DNA from: Bacteroidales bacterium
GTDB taxonomy: Bacteria; Bacteroidota; Bacteroidia; Bacteroidales; FEN-979
Length of the DNA: 64,000 nt
Assembly: GCA_038244085.1 (NCBI GenBank)
Contig: JBBRTX010000006.1
Coordinates: 20,891 to 84,890 of the forward strand
Reading direction: 5' to 3'
The notes below the pieces were generated by a model. The model saw nothing but the letters and a program-made list of their open reading frames with translations, had not been told where the DNA came from and searched no databases. Positions 45,736 through 54,152 of this stretch are shown one piece after another. Both the position numbers and the translations under genes were made by a program. Positions within the stretch are counted from its first letter, which is position 1. Each line of letters opens with the position of its first letter.

Positions 45736-47409
45736 ATGCAAAAAATGAAGTTTCTTCTCGTTCTCAGCTTGTTCTTGGCTGAACTGTTTGTGGTTGCACA
45801 GGTTGCACCCGATAAATATTTTGTTGAGTTTAAGGATAAAAACGGGACACCTTATTCCATAAGCCAACCAGAACAATTTCTGTCACAGCGTGCCATTGAC
45901 AGAAGAAATACACAGTTCATCTCCTTTACAGATGAGGATCTTCCGGTAAATCCGGCCTATGTTCAGGCAGTCAGCGCTACCGGAGTGACGGTTCTTAATC
46001 GTACAAAATGGCTGAACGGCGTGTCGATCTATACCACGGATCCTGCTGCCCTTGCTGCAGTTCAAGCCTTACCCTTCGTGAAAAACGTCCTGAAGAAGAG
46101 TTCATCCTCCGCCAGGAACGAGATTCCCGATAAATTTCTCCTTGAAAATTTCCCAGGGTTACCGGTGAATGTCTCCAGCCTGATGACCAAAAACACCCTG
46201 CTTGGGTTCAATTATGGGCCATCCTACAACCAGATCCATATGCTGAACGGTGATCTGCTGCATACTAGCGGCTACAGGGGACAGGGCAAGGTGATTGCCA
46301 TACTGGATGGTGGTTTTCTAAATGCGGATCAAATCCAGGTCTTCGACAGTCTTAGGAATGAAGGAAGATTACTGGGGACAAAAGACTTCGTTGAACCGGG
46401 TGGGAATGTTTTCACTGCGAATTCGGCGCATGGTACCATGGTTCTGTCAACAATGGCAGGTAATATTCCCGGTCAGATCATAGGGACGGCTCCCAAGGCT
46501 TCCTATTGGCTGTTACGTACAGAAGATGTAATTACAGAATTCTTCCTTGAGGAATATAACTGGGTTTCAGGGGCTGAATTTGCGGATAGTGTTGGCGCTG
46601 ATGTGATTAACTCTTCGCTGGGTTATACTGAGTTCAACGAACCGACCTTTAATCACACGTGTGCAGACATGAATGGAAATACCACGGTCGTGACCCGGGG
46701 TGCAAACATCGCTGCCAGTAAGGGGATTGCAGTCGTAAACAGCGCGGGTAATTCAGGAGGTTCAGGTTGGACATGTGTAGGTGCGCCGGCTGATGGTAAT
46801 GAAGTTTTGGCCGTTGGTGCAGTCGATTCGCTCGGTAACTACGCATTTTTCAGTTCGGTAGGAGTAGATACGGCCGGCCGTGTGAAGCCGAATGTTGCAT
46901 CACAGGGAGAAAGTGCATTGGTTTGCGGGGCAAATGGATTTATTACCCGAAGCAACGGAACTTCTTTTTCATCGCCCATCATGGCGGGTATGGTTGCCTG
47001 TTTATGGCAGGCTCAACCTACAAGGAACCGCCAGGACCTTCTGCTGTCCATTGAAAAAAGTGCCAGCCATTACCTGAACCCTGATTCACTTACCGGTTAT
47101 GGAATTCCCAATTTTCAGCAAGCTTTACTCATTCTTTCTGTTTCTGAAAAGCAGATACTGAATTCTGTCGTTTATCCCAATCCTTTCCGCGATCAATTAT
47201 CTGTTCAGTTTAATGGACAGAAAGGGGAGAAGACAACCCTGGCTCTTTATGATGTAATGGGAAGAATGGTTGGAAAATGGATTACTTCTGCTACAGAAGG
47301 GGAAAACCGGCTTACACTGGAATCACTTTCCGGGCTGATCCCGGGTGTGTACTTGTTGACAATTGGTACACAAACTGCATCAACTTCTCTTCGGGTAGTT
47401 AAACTGTAA
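45736..47409 (+). CDS. S8 (subtilisin) family serine peptidase with T9SS C-terminal sorting domain
   Basis: Asp (GKVIAILDGG), His (HGTMVLST) and Ser (GTSFSSPIMAG) triad motifs. The C-terminal domain is VVYPNPFRDQLSV...LYDVMGRMV...GVYLLTI...LRVVKL. Confidence 0.85.
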   Translation: MQKMKFLLVLSLFLAELFVVAQVAPDKYFVEFKDKNGTPYSISQPEQFLSQRAIDRRNTQFISFTDEDLPVNPAYVQAVSATGVTVLNRTKWLNGVSIYTTDPAALAAVQALPFVKNVLKKSSSSARNEIPDKFLLENFPGLPVNVSSLMTKNTLLGFNYGPSYNQIHMLNGDLLHTSGYRGQGKVIAILDGGFLNADQIQVFDSLRNEGRLLGTKDFVEPGGNVFTANSAHGTMVLSTMAGNIPGQIIGTAPKASYWLLRTEDVITEFFLEEYNWVSGAEFADSVGADVINSSLGYTEFNEPTFNHTCADMNGNTTVVTRGANIAASKGIAVVNSAGNSGGSGWTCVGAPADGNEVLAVGAVDSLGNYAFFSSVGVDTAGRVKPNVASQGESALVCGANGFITRSNGTSFSSPIMAGMVACLWQAQPTRNRQDLLLSIEKSASHYLNPDSLTGYGIPNFQQALLILSVSEKQILNSVVYPNPFRDQLSVQFNGQKGEKTTLALYDVMGRMVGKWITSATEGENRLTLESLSGLIPGVYLLTIGTQTASTSLRVVKL

Positions 47410-47419
47410 CGTCCGAAGT

Positions 47420-47447
47420 GTTTACAAGTGTAATTACAATTGTAAAC
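47420..47447. repeat. 28-bp palindrome, copy 1 (GTTTACAAGTGTAATTACAATTGTAAAC)
   Basis: Read directly. It is a near-perfect inverted repeat centred on TGTAATTACA, 10 nt after the S8 peptidase stop. Confidence 0.85.
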
Positions 47448-47892
47448 AAAGTATAACACACGCTTCTACTCCATAGTATTGCTTGTTTTTACGATAGAAT
47501 TATCTACCGAACATTACTAATTCGTCGTATTTAATCAGCCTCACTTACCGCAAAAAGGTAATATCTTTCTGAACGGAACGATGCGTCTCCTCGCCTTAGC
47601 AGTGAAATTTAAACTATACTGGCACGATAGTGATTGATCAAATAAAAGAATGAGAGCAAGGATTATACGGATGGCCGCGGCTAAAATTAATAAACGTAAA
47701 TCAGCAACATCCGGGTTCATCAGTCTTCTAAAAAATCAGCATAAATTAGTAACATCCGCTTCATCAGCGTTCACTTTCTCCTTCATAAGAGGGGTGGAGG
47801 AGTTTGGGTTAATTCCCTGTAGCTTGCTATGAAGTGAAAGGATAAATTCCACTTTAATACCTTAAAGCCGCGAGGTATTTCATTACCAATTT

Positions 47893-47920
47893 GTTTACAT
47901 ATGTAATTACATTTGTAAAC
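47893..47920. repeat. 28-bp palindrome, copy 2 (GTTTACATATGTAATTACATTTGTAAAC)
   Basis: 25 of 28 positions are identical to copy 1. It contains a plus-strand TACATTTG -7-box match (47908-47915). Confidence 0.85.
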
Positions 47921-48137
47921 AATAATAAAACGGACTTCACCACAAATTTAGACAGATTATCAGTTATTAGCGACGATTAGCATCGTTGGCCCTAAGCCTT
48001 ATCACGGTAATCTGGTAAATTACTAATGATTATTGTGTTTACATTTGGAAAAACGACAATATTATTTGTCATATAGTATTAACAATCAGGAACTAAATAA
48101 TGTTTATTTAATTTATTACTTTATGTTAAAACAAAAT

Positions 48138-48155
48138 TTACAGTTATAACTGTAA
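48138..48155. repeat. Perfect 18-bp palindrome TTACAGTTATAACTGTAA
   Basis: Read directly. It has the same TTACA/TGTAA arms as the 28-bp palindromes and lies 26 nt upstream of the -7 box of the XRE gene. Confidence 0.8.
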
Positions 48156-48180
48156 TTGTCAAAAGATTGAAGGATTTTGT

Positions 48181-48188
48181 TACTTTTG
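48181..48188 (+). promoter_or_regulatory. -7 promoter box (TACTTTTG) for the XRE regulator, embedded in a TTAC-N4-GTAA palindrome
   Basis: TAnnTTTG, 19 nt upstream of the ATG at 48207. GTTACTTTTGTAAT (48179-48192) is an inverted repeat that overlaps it. Confidence 0.5.
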
Positions 48189-48206
48189 TAATGAAAATTA
48201 AGAATC

Positions 48207-48671
48207 ATGATTGAGCGGATTTTAGAAATTATCAGACAAAAGAATTTGACTCCTTCGCAATTTGCGGAAGAGATCGGGATCCAACGTTCCAGTATTTCTC
48301 ACCTCGTATCAGGGAGAAATAAACCAAGTCTTGAATTTATACAGAAGATACTGATACAATTTCCGGATATCAGTTCCGAGTGGTTATTATCCGGAACAGG
48401 AAGTATGATGAAGGCGCAAATGGATGGAGAGAATGCAACGGATACCCTTCCGCCGGCAGTGACGAAGACTGAAAAGAACCCGTCAGCGGATGAGTACAGT
48501 CTCTTATTTGATGCGGATCAAATCAATGAACCGGAAGTGCAACCCAAAACAGATTCCTCCCGCCAGATAAAAAAGAAGAACATGCCAGCCCCGGAAATAA
48601 GGCAGATTGAAAAGATCGTTTATTTTTATAAGGACATGACTTTCAGAGAGTACTATCCTGATAATGCCTAA
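48207..48671 (+). CDS. XRE-family helix-turn-helix transcriptional regulator
   Basis: LTPSQFAEEIGIQRSSISHLVSGRNKPSLEFIQKI is a clear HTH_3-type motif. The C-terminal half is low-complexity and unrecognised. Confidence 0.75.
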   Translation: MIERILEIIRQKNLTPSQFAEEIGIQRSSISHLVSGRNKPSLEFIQKILIQFPDISSEWLLSGTGSMMKAQMDGENATDTLPPAVTKTEKNPSADEYSLLFDADQINEPEVQPKTDSSRQIKKKNMPAPEIRQIEKIVYFYKDMTFREYYPDNA

Positions 48672-49087
48672 TATTGTTCCATCAGCGAAAAGAAAAACCG
48701 TTCTTCCCGTAATGCATTTTCATCGCTGTCGGAAGCATGGATGGCATTTTCCTGGACACTTTTCCCATAAAGTTTACGTATGGTTCCGGGTGCAGCCGCA
48801 TTTGGATCGGTAGCACCAATCAGCTTTCTGAAATCCAGCACTGCGTCATCTTTTTCAAGAATCATGGCAACCACGTGTCCTGAGGACATAAAGCCGATTA
48901 ACCCATCAAAAAAAGGCTTTCCCTGGTGTTCCTGGTAAAAAATGGAAGCCTGGATATTGGTAAGGTGCGTCAGTTTCATAGCCATAATCCTGAAGCCCGC
49001 TTCTTCAATTCTTGTGATAATGGGTCCTGCCAGCTGATCTCGCACTGCGCTGGGTTTTATCATGGTAAAAGTTCTGTTTCCGGCCAT
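48668..49087 (-). CDS. ndk: Nucleoside-diphosphate kinase
   Basis: RTFTMIKPSAV...GFRIMAMKL...NAIHASDS (catalytic His). The start is placed at MAGNRTF, and the -7 box at 49115-49122 lies inside the longer ORF-track version. Confidence 0.9.
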   Translation of the reverse strand: MAGNRTFTMIKPSAVRDQLAGPIITRIEEAGFRIMAMKLTHLTNIQASIFYQEHQGKPFFDGLIGFMSSGHVVAMILEKDDAVLDFRKLIGATDPNAAAPGTIRKLYGKSVQENAIHASDSDENALREERFFFSLMEQY

Positions 49088-49114
49088 AATTTTTATTTTG
49101 GGATTTCTGTTAAA

Positions 49115-49122
49115 CAAATGTA
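49115..49122 (-). promoter_or_regulatory. -7 promoter box (TACATTTG) for ndk
   Basis: TAnnTTTG on the minus strand, 28 nt upstream of the ATG at 49087. Confidence 0.55.
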
Positions 49123-49193
49123 TAAATAATAATGTGATCCTGGGTTTCTCGTTCATGATATTCCCAGAATAGCCACAAATCCTGAAAAATCTT

Positions 49194-49201
49194 TACATTT
49201 G
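49194..49201 (+). promoter_or_regulatory. -7 promoter box (TACATTTG) for nrnA and the FKBP genes
   Basis: TAnnTTTG, 18 nt upstream of the GTG at 49219. Confidence 0.5.
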
Positions 49202-49218
49202 CGTTTAAATTTCGAATT

Positions 49219-50247
49219 GTGCCCATAAAAGTAACGGATTTTCCAAAGATAAAGGAACTCCTCGACGCAACCCACGGAACGATCATCGTGACCACGCATA
49301 CCAACCCGGACGGAGATGCAATTGGTGCCAGTCTTTCCTTGTCAGGTTACCTCAGGAAGAAGGGGTTCAAGGTATCCACAATAATCCCCGATCCTGACCC
49401 TGTTTTCCTGCAATGGATGCCCTTTCACGACAGCATCCGCATATTTTCGGAAGCTCCGGAAGAATGTTCAAAGCTGATCGGAGAAGCAGAACTCATTTTT
49501 TGCCTTGATTTTAACGGGCTAAGCCGTGTTTCCAAAGCCGAGACTGCATTTCGCAAAGCCACGGCAAAAAAGGTACTCATTGATCACCATACCAATCCGA
49601 AACCGGATTTTGATCTGATGATTTCGGTTGTGTCTGCCTCCTCCACCTGTGAATTGGTTTATGATTTCATTGAAGATTCAGGGGATCTTGCATTAATTGA
49701 CAAACCCATCGCTTCCTGTATCTATGCCGGAATCATCACCGATACCGGTTCTTTCAGCTATTCCTGCGAAAATGAACGGCCCTACCTGATTGCTGCTGAC
49801 CTGGTGAAAAGAGGGGTTAACGGAGAGCAGGTTCACCGCCTGGTATATGATACCTATTCAGAAAACCGCCTCAGGTTACTGGGACATGCCATCAGCGAGC
49901 GTCTGCACGTTTTGCCGGAATACCATGCCGCCTATATTGCCCTTACCAAAGATGACCTTGACCGGTTTAACCACCAGGTAGGCGATACAGAAGATATTGT
50001 CAATTTCGCACTCTCCATCGGGAGTGTCAATTTTGCTGCCTTATTTTATGACAGGGGGGATGAAGTAAAAGTATCCCTGAGATCAAAAGGCCATTTCTCA
50101 GTGAATGCCGTTGCAACAAAATATTTCAATGGAGGAGGTCACGTCAATGCAGCCGGGGCAACAACCTACATCAGTCTTGAAGAGACGGTCAACATTTTTC
50201 TTTCGTTACTTCCCATATATGAAAAGGAATTAAAAGCCGTTTACTGA
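49219..50247 (+). CDS. nrnA: DHH/DHHA1 phosphoesterase (NrnA-like oligoribonuclease / pAp phosphatase)
   Basis: VTTHTNPDGDAIGASL, LIDHHTN (DHH motif) and GGGHVNAAG (DHHA1). Confidence 0.8.
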   Translation: MPIKVTDFPKIKELLDATHGTIIVTTHTNPDGDAIGASLSLSGYLRKKGFKVSTIIPDPDPVFLQWMPFHDSIRIFSEAPEECSKLIGEAELIFCLDFNGLSRVSKAETAFRKATAKKVLIDHHTNPKPDFDLMISVVSASSTCELVYDFIEDSGDLALIDKPIASCIYAGIITDTGSFSYSCENERPYLIAADLVKRGVNGEQVHRLVYDTYSENRLRLLGHAISERLHVLPEYHAAYIALTKDDLDRFNHQVGDTEDIVNFALSIGSVNFAALFYDRGDEVKVSLRSKGHFSVNAVATKYFNGGGHVNAAGATTYISLEETVNIFLSLLPIYEKELKAVY

Positions 50248-50786
50248 TGTCATCTTTGTTCTTAAACAGATGCCTTGCATCATTCTTCTTTCTCCCATTC
50301 CTTTTTCTCGCTTGTAACGACGCACCTCAAAATACGGTCTCAACCGGAAATTTTGTCATTACCGCTGATACGGTTATGAATTATCACCATGGTGCCTCAA
50401 GGGCAGAAGACCAGCAGATTGAGGACTTCATCAATCGGTATGGATGGAAGATGACCAAAACTCCCACCGGATTGCGGTATCTCATCTATCAAAAAGGACC
50501 CGGACAAAAAGCGGTAAAAGACAAAGTGGCCGTATGCAGGTATTCCTTGAAGTTACTGAACGGACAAGAGATTTACCGTTCTGAAAAAGAAGGCTTAAAA
50601 GAATTCAGGATTGGGCATGGAGGGGTTGAGAATGGATTGGAGGAAGGGATTTTACTGTTGAAGGTGGGTGACAAAGCAAAATTTATTGTACCTTCGCACC
50701 TTGCTTTCGGCCTCCTTGGCGACCAGGACAGGATTCCGTCGGGTGCAACACTGGTCTACGATATTGAACTGGTACAATTGAAATAA
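50247..50786 (+). CDS. FKBP-type peptidyl-prolyl cis-trans isomerase lipoprotein
   Basis: Lipobox FLACND, and FRIGHGGVENGLEEGILLLKVGDKAKFIVPSHLAFG...TLVYDIELV. Confidence 0.8.
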   Translation: MSSLFLNRCLASFFFLPFLFLACNDAPQNTVSTGNFVITADTVMNYHHGASRAEDQQIEDFINRYGWKMTKTPTGLRYLIYQKGPGQKAVKDKVAVCRYSLKLLNGQEIYRSEKEGLKEFRIGHGGVENGLEEGILLLKVGDKAKFIVPSHLAFGLLGDQDRIPSGATLVYDIELVQLK

Positions 50787-50812
50787 AATCATTAAAAAAT
50801 CAACTAAACAAC

Positions 50813-52114
50813 ATGAAAAAAACTTTCTTACAATCATCATTGATGATGATGGTGATTGCGTTTGCCTTACTGGCATGTTCAAAGTATCCGGGTTTCAAGC
50901 AAACCGATACCGGGTTATATTACAAAATTGAAAAAATAAGCAAAGACACAGCTAAGCCAAAAACCGGTGACTGGGTTTCCATGGATTACCGGATCACAGC
51001 GGTTTCAAAAGGAAAAGATACCTTGGTTTTTGACAGCAAGAAAGCTGGTCAGAGTCCATTCCGCATCCAGATTCCTGACGCCAAGAGCAACATGCCCATC
51101 TTCGAAGCCGTTAAGATGCTTTCGAAAGGTGACAGTGGTAGTTTTATTATCAAGGCCGATTCTTTCTTCGTAAAACTTGGTGGTATGAAGCCTCCTTATG
51201 TTGACAGCAACAGCATGATCCGCTTTTTCGTATATCTTGTTGATGTCCAGAATCCTGCAGCCATGATGCAAAAAGAAGACAGTGACCGGAAAAGCTATCT
51301 TCAATCCAACAATATCACTGCAGCTCCTTTACCTTCCGGTGTATATTACATTGAGACCCTGGCTGGCACAGGAATGAGAATTGATACGACAAGATATATC
51401 AAACTGAATTATGCTGTCACACTTCTCAGTGGGAAAGAATTATTCTCCACCAAACAGTTTCCTGAAACACCGACAGTAAAATACGGTCAGAGTTTCGATA
51501 CGCCCGGATTCACCGAAGCGGTAGGCCTGATGTCAAAAGGAGGGAAAGCAAATATTATCGTTCCTTCGGCGCAGGCATTTGGTGACAAAGGAATGGGAAG
51601 TCTGGTTCCACCTTATTCAACCCTGGTTTACAATGTCGAGGTCCTCGATGTATTGACCAAAGCCGCTTATGATAAAGAACAGGTTGAAAAGAAAAAAACA
51701 GAAGCAAAAAAGCAGGCAGAGGCTCAAAAAGGTGAGATCAGCCAAATTGAGAAATACATGAAAGATAATAATCTTAAGGGGAAAAAGTTGAACGACGGAT
51801 TGTACTATGTTGAGAAAGTAGCCGGTACAGGACCCAAGGCGGTCAGTGGCAAAAATGTCAGCGTTCATTACACCGGAACCCTGCTCAATGGCAACAAATT
51901 TGATTCATCGGTCGATCGTGGAAAACCTTTCGAATTTACCCTGGGGCAGGGTCAGGTCATCAAAGGATGGGACGAAGGAATCACCCAGATGAAAAAAGGG
52001 GGCAAGGCCATCCTGATTATCCCGTCAGCACTTGGCTATGGTCCACAGGATAAAGGCACAATCCCGCCGAACTCTATCCTCGTTTTCGACGTAGAACTGA
52101 TTGATATAAAATAA
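50813..52114 (+). CDS. Multi-domain FKBP-type peptidyl-prolyl isomerase lipoprotein
   Basis: Lipobox LLACSK and three FKBP-like modules. The last is canonical (VSVHYTGTLLNGNKFDSSVDRGKPFEFTLGQGQVIKGWDEG...ILVFDVELIDI). Confidence 0.85.
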   Translation: MKKTFLQSSLMMMVIAFALLACSKYPGFKQTDTGLYYKIEKISKDTAKPKTGDWVSMDYRITAVSKGKDTLVFDSKKAGQSPFRIQIPDAKSNMPIFEAVKMLSKGDSGSFIIKADSFFVKLGGMKPPYVDSNSMIRFFVYLVDVQNPAAMMQKEDSDRKSYLQSNNITAAPLPSGVYYIETLAGTGMRIDTTRYIKLNYAVTLLSGKELFSTKQFPETPTVKYGQSFDTPGFTEAVGLMSKGGKANIIVPSAQAFGDKGMGSLVPPYSTLVYNVEVLDVLTKAAYDKEQVEKKKTEAKKQAEAQKGEISQIEKYMKDNNLKGKKLNDGLYYVEKVAGTGPKAVSGKNVSVHYTGTLLNGNKFDSSVDRGKPFEFTLGQGQVIKGWDEGITQMKKGGKAILIIPSALGYGPQDKGTIPPNSILVFDVELIDIK

Positions 52115-52128
52115 AAGTAAGTCGGAAG

Positions 52129-54147
52129 TTATTTTGACTCCAGAAGCTTGTCCAGGGCAAAGAGCTCATCTCTTAGCCGGGCTGCCTCCAGAAAATCCAT
52201 CTCCTTTACGGCAGACTCCATGGATTTCCGGGTTTTGGCAATGAGCTTCTGGAGTTTTTCTTTTGACATGTATTGAATCACGGGATCTGCTGCCACATCC
52301 ACCCTGTCATTTTCAATATAAGCCCCTTCTACTGCCTTGTTTCCGGCCACGGCTGTCTGACTCATGATATCCATTGTAGTTTTTACAATCTGGGTAGGCG
52401 TAATGTTATTGGCAATATTATAATTCATCTGTTTTTCCCGGCGCCGGTTGGTTTCATTAATCATGCGTTGCATGGAATCTGTCGTTTTATCGGCATACAT
52501 GATTACCTTACTGTTGATGTTTCTCGCTGCCCTGCCTGCTGTCTGGGTGAGGGATCTTTCCGACCGGAGAAATCCCTCCTTGTCAGCATCCAGGATTGCA
52601 ACCAGCGAAACTTCCGGAAGATCCAGTCCTTCCCTTAGCAGGTTCACGCCGATCAGTACATCGAAAACACCCATACGGAGTTCTCTGAGTATCTCCACAC
52701 GTTCCATGGTGGGCACATCGGAATGGATATAGCGGCAGCGGATGTCCATTTTGGTAAAATATTTCGACAGCTCTTCAGCCATTCGCTTCGTCAGAGTGGT
52801 CACCAGGGTCCGCTCATTTATGGCCGACCGCTGGTTGATCTCATCCATCAGATCGTCAATCTGGTTCACGCTTGAACGGATCTCTGTGACCGGATCCAGA
52901 AGCCCTGTCGGGCGAATCACCTGTTCCACCACGATGCCCTCTGATTTTTGCAATTCATAATCAGCCGGTGTAGCGCTGACAAAGATGGTCTGGTTGATCA
53001 TCCGTTCAAACTCTTCAAATTTCAGCGGACGATTGTCCATGGCTGAAGGTAACCGGAATCCGTATTCCACCAGGTTATGTTTCCTCGATCGATCCCCGCC
53101 ATACATGGCTCTGACTTGTGGCAACGTTACGTGGCTTTCATCCATGATCATCAGGTAATCATCCGGAAAGAAATCAAGCAGGCAGAAAGGCCTTGAACCT
53201 GCAGCGCGGCCATCAAAATACCTTGAATAATTCTCAATTCCGCTGCAATAACCCAGCTCCCGCATCATCTCAATATCATAGCTGACCCTTTCTTCCAATC
53301 GCTTGGCCTCCAGATCTTTTCCGATACTTTTAAAATAGGTGACCTGTTTTACCATGTCATCCTGGATCTCGTAAATTGCCTGCTTCATCTTATCTTTGGA
53401 AGTCACGAAGATATTTGCCGGGTATATGGAAAGGGTCTCGACTGTTTCATACCGATGCCCGGAAACCGGATCAATGGATTCGATGGATTCGATCTCATCA
53501 CCCCAGAAAATCACGCGAAAGGCATAATCGAGATAGGCAGGAAAGATATCGATTGTATCACCTTTAACCCTGAACTTGCCGCGGGTAAACTCCATCTCCG
53601 TCCTTGAATACAAACTGTTCACCAGTGCATAAAGGAACTTGTTCCGGTTGATCTTTTCCTTGACATTCAGCCGGATGATATTGGACGTGAAATCATCCGG
53701 GTTTCCGATACCATAGATGCAGGAAACGGATGAAACCACGATGATGTCTCTTCTCCCCGAAAGCAGGGTGGAGGAGGTGCTCAACCTTAACTTCTCAATC
53801 TCTTCATTGATCGAAAGATCTTTCTCAATGTATGTGTTGGTGATAGGGAGATAGGCTTCCGGCTGGTAATAATCGTAATAAGAGACAAAAAATTCGACCG
53901 CGTTGTTTGGGAAGAACTGCTTAAACTCGCCATAAAGTTGTGCTGCGAGTGTTTTGTTGTGACTCAGTACAAGGGCAGGTCGGTTCAGCTCCTGAAGAAC
54001 ATTCGCAATGGTAAAGGTCTTTCCGGAACCAGTAACCCCAACCAGGACCTGTGCAGAATCTCCCCTTTGAATTCCTTCCACAAGCTGTTTGATGGCTTCA
54101 GGCTGATCGCCTGTTGGCTTAAAGTCAGAGGTTATCTGAAATTTCAT
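52129..54147 (-). CDS. uvrB: Excinuclease ABC subunit B
   Basis: GVTGSGKTFT Walker A, DESH box, helicase motifs and a C-terminal UVR domain (EAARLRDEL). Confidence 0.95.
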   Translation of the reverse strand: MKFQITSDFKPTGDQPEAIKQLVEGIQRGDSAQVLVGVTGSGKTFTIANVLQELNRPALVLSHNKTLAAQLYGEFKQFFPNNAVEFFVSYYDYYQPEAYLPITNTYIEKDLSINEEIEKLRLSTSSTLLSGRRDIIVVSSVSCIYGIGNPDDFTSNIIRLNVKEKINRNKFLYALVNSLYSRTEMEFTRGKFRVKGDTIDIFPAYLDYAFRVIFWGDEIESIESIDPVSGHRYETVETLSIYPANIFVTSKDKMKQAIYEIQDDMVKQVTYFKSIGKDLEAKRLEERVSYDIEMMRELGYCSGIENYSRYFDGRAAGSRPFCLLDFFPDDYLMIMDESHVTLPQVRAMYGGDRSRKHNLVEYGFRLPSAMDNRPLKFEEFERMINQTIFVSATPADYELQKSEGIVVEQVIRPTGLLDPVTEIRSSVNQIDDLMDEINQRSAINERTLVTTLTKRMAEELSKYFTKMDIRCRYIHSDVPTMERVEILRELRMGVFDVLIGVNLLREGLDLPEVSLVAILDADKEGFLRSERSLTQTAGRAARNINSKVIMYADKTTDSMQRMINETNRRREKQMNYNIANNITPTQIVKTTMDIMSQTAVAGNKAVEGAYIENDRVDVAADPVIQYMSKEKLQKLIAKTRKSMESAVKEMDFLEAARLRDELFALDKLLESK

Positions 54148-54152
54148 GAAGG

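Noticed and set aside
47650-47832. 60-aa plus-strand ORF in the long non-coding region.
   Set aside because: It has no promoter box or recognisable motif, and its internal similarity reflects the DNA repeat. It is kept only as evidence that the sub-region has few stop codons.
47410-48206. The AT-rich repeat region as a replication origin (oriC).
   Set aside because: It has no cluster of DnaA boxes; the best match is TTATCTACC at 47500-47508 (7 of 9 to TTATCCACA). There is no dnaA or dnaN nearby.
47410-48206. A known structured RNA (tmRNA, RNase P RNA, SRP RNA or 6S RNA) hidden in the gap.
   Set aside because: I could not find the tmRNA tRNA-like 3' end, the GAGGAAAGUCC motif of RNase P RNA or the SRP GGAA tetraloop helix on either strand. 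A covariance-model scan would be needed to exclude them completely.
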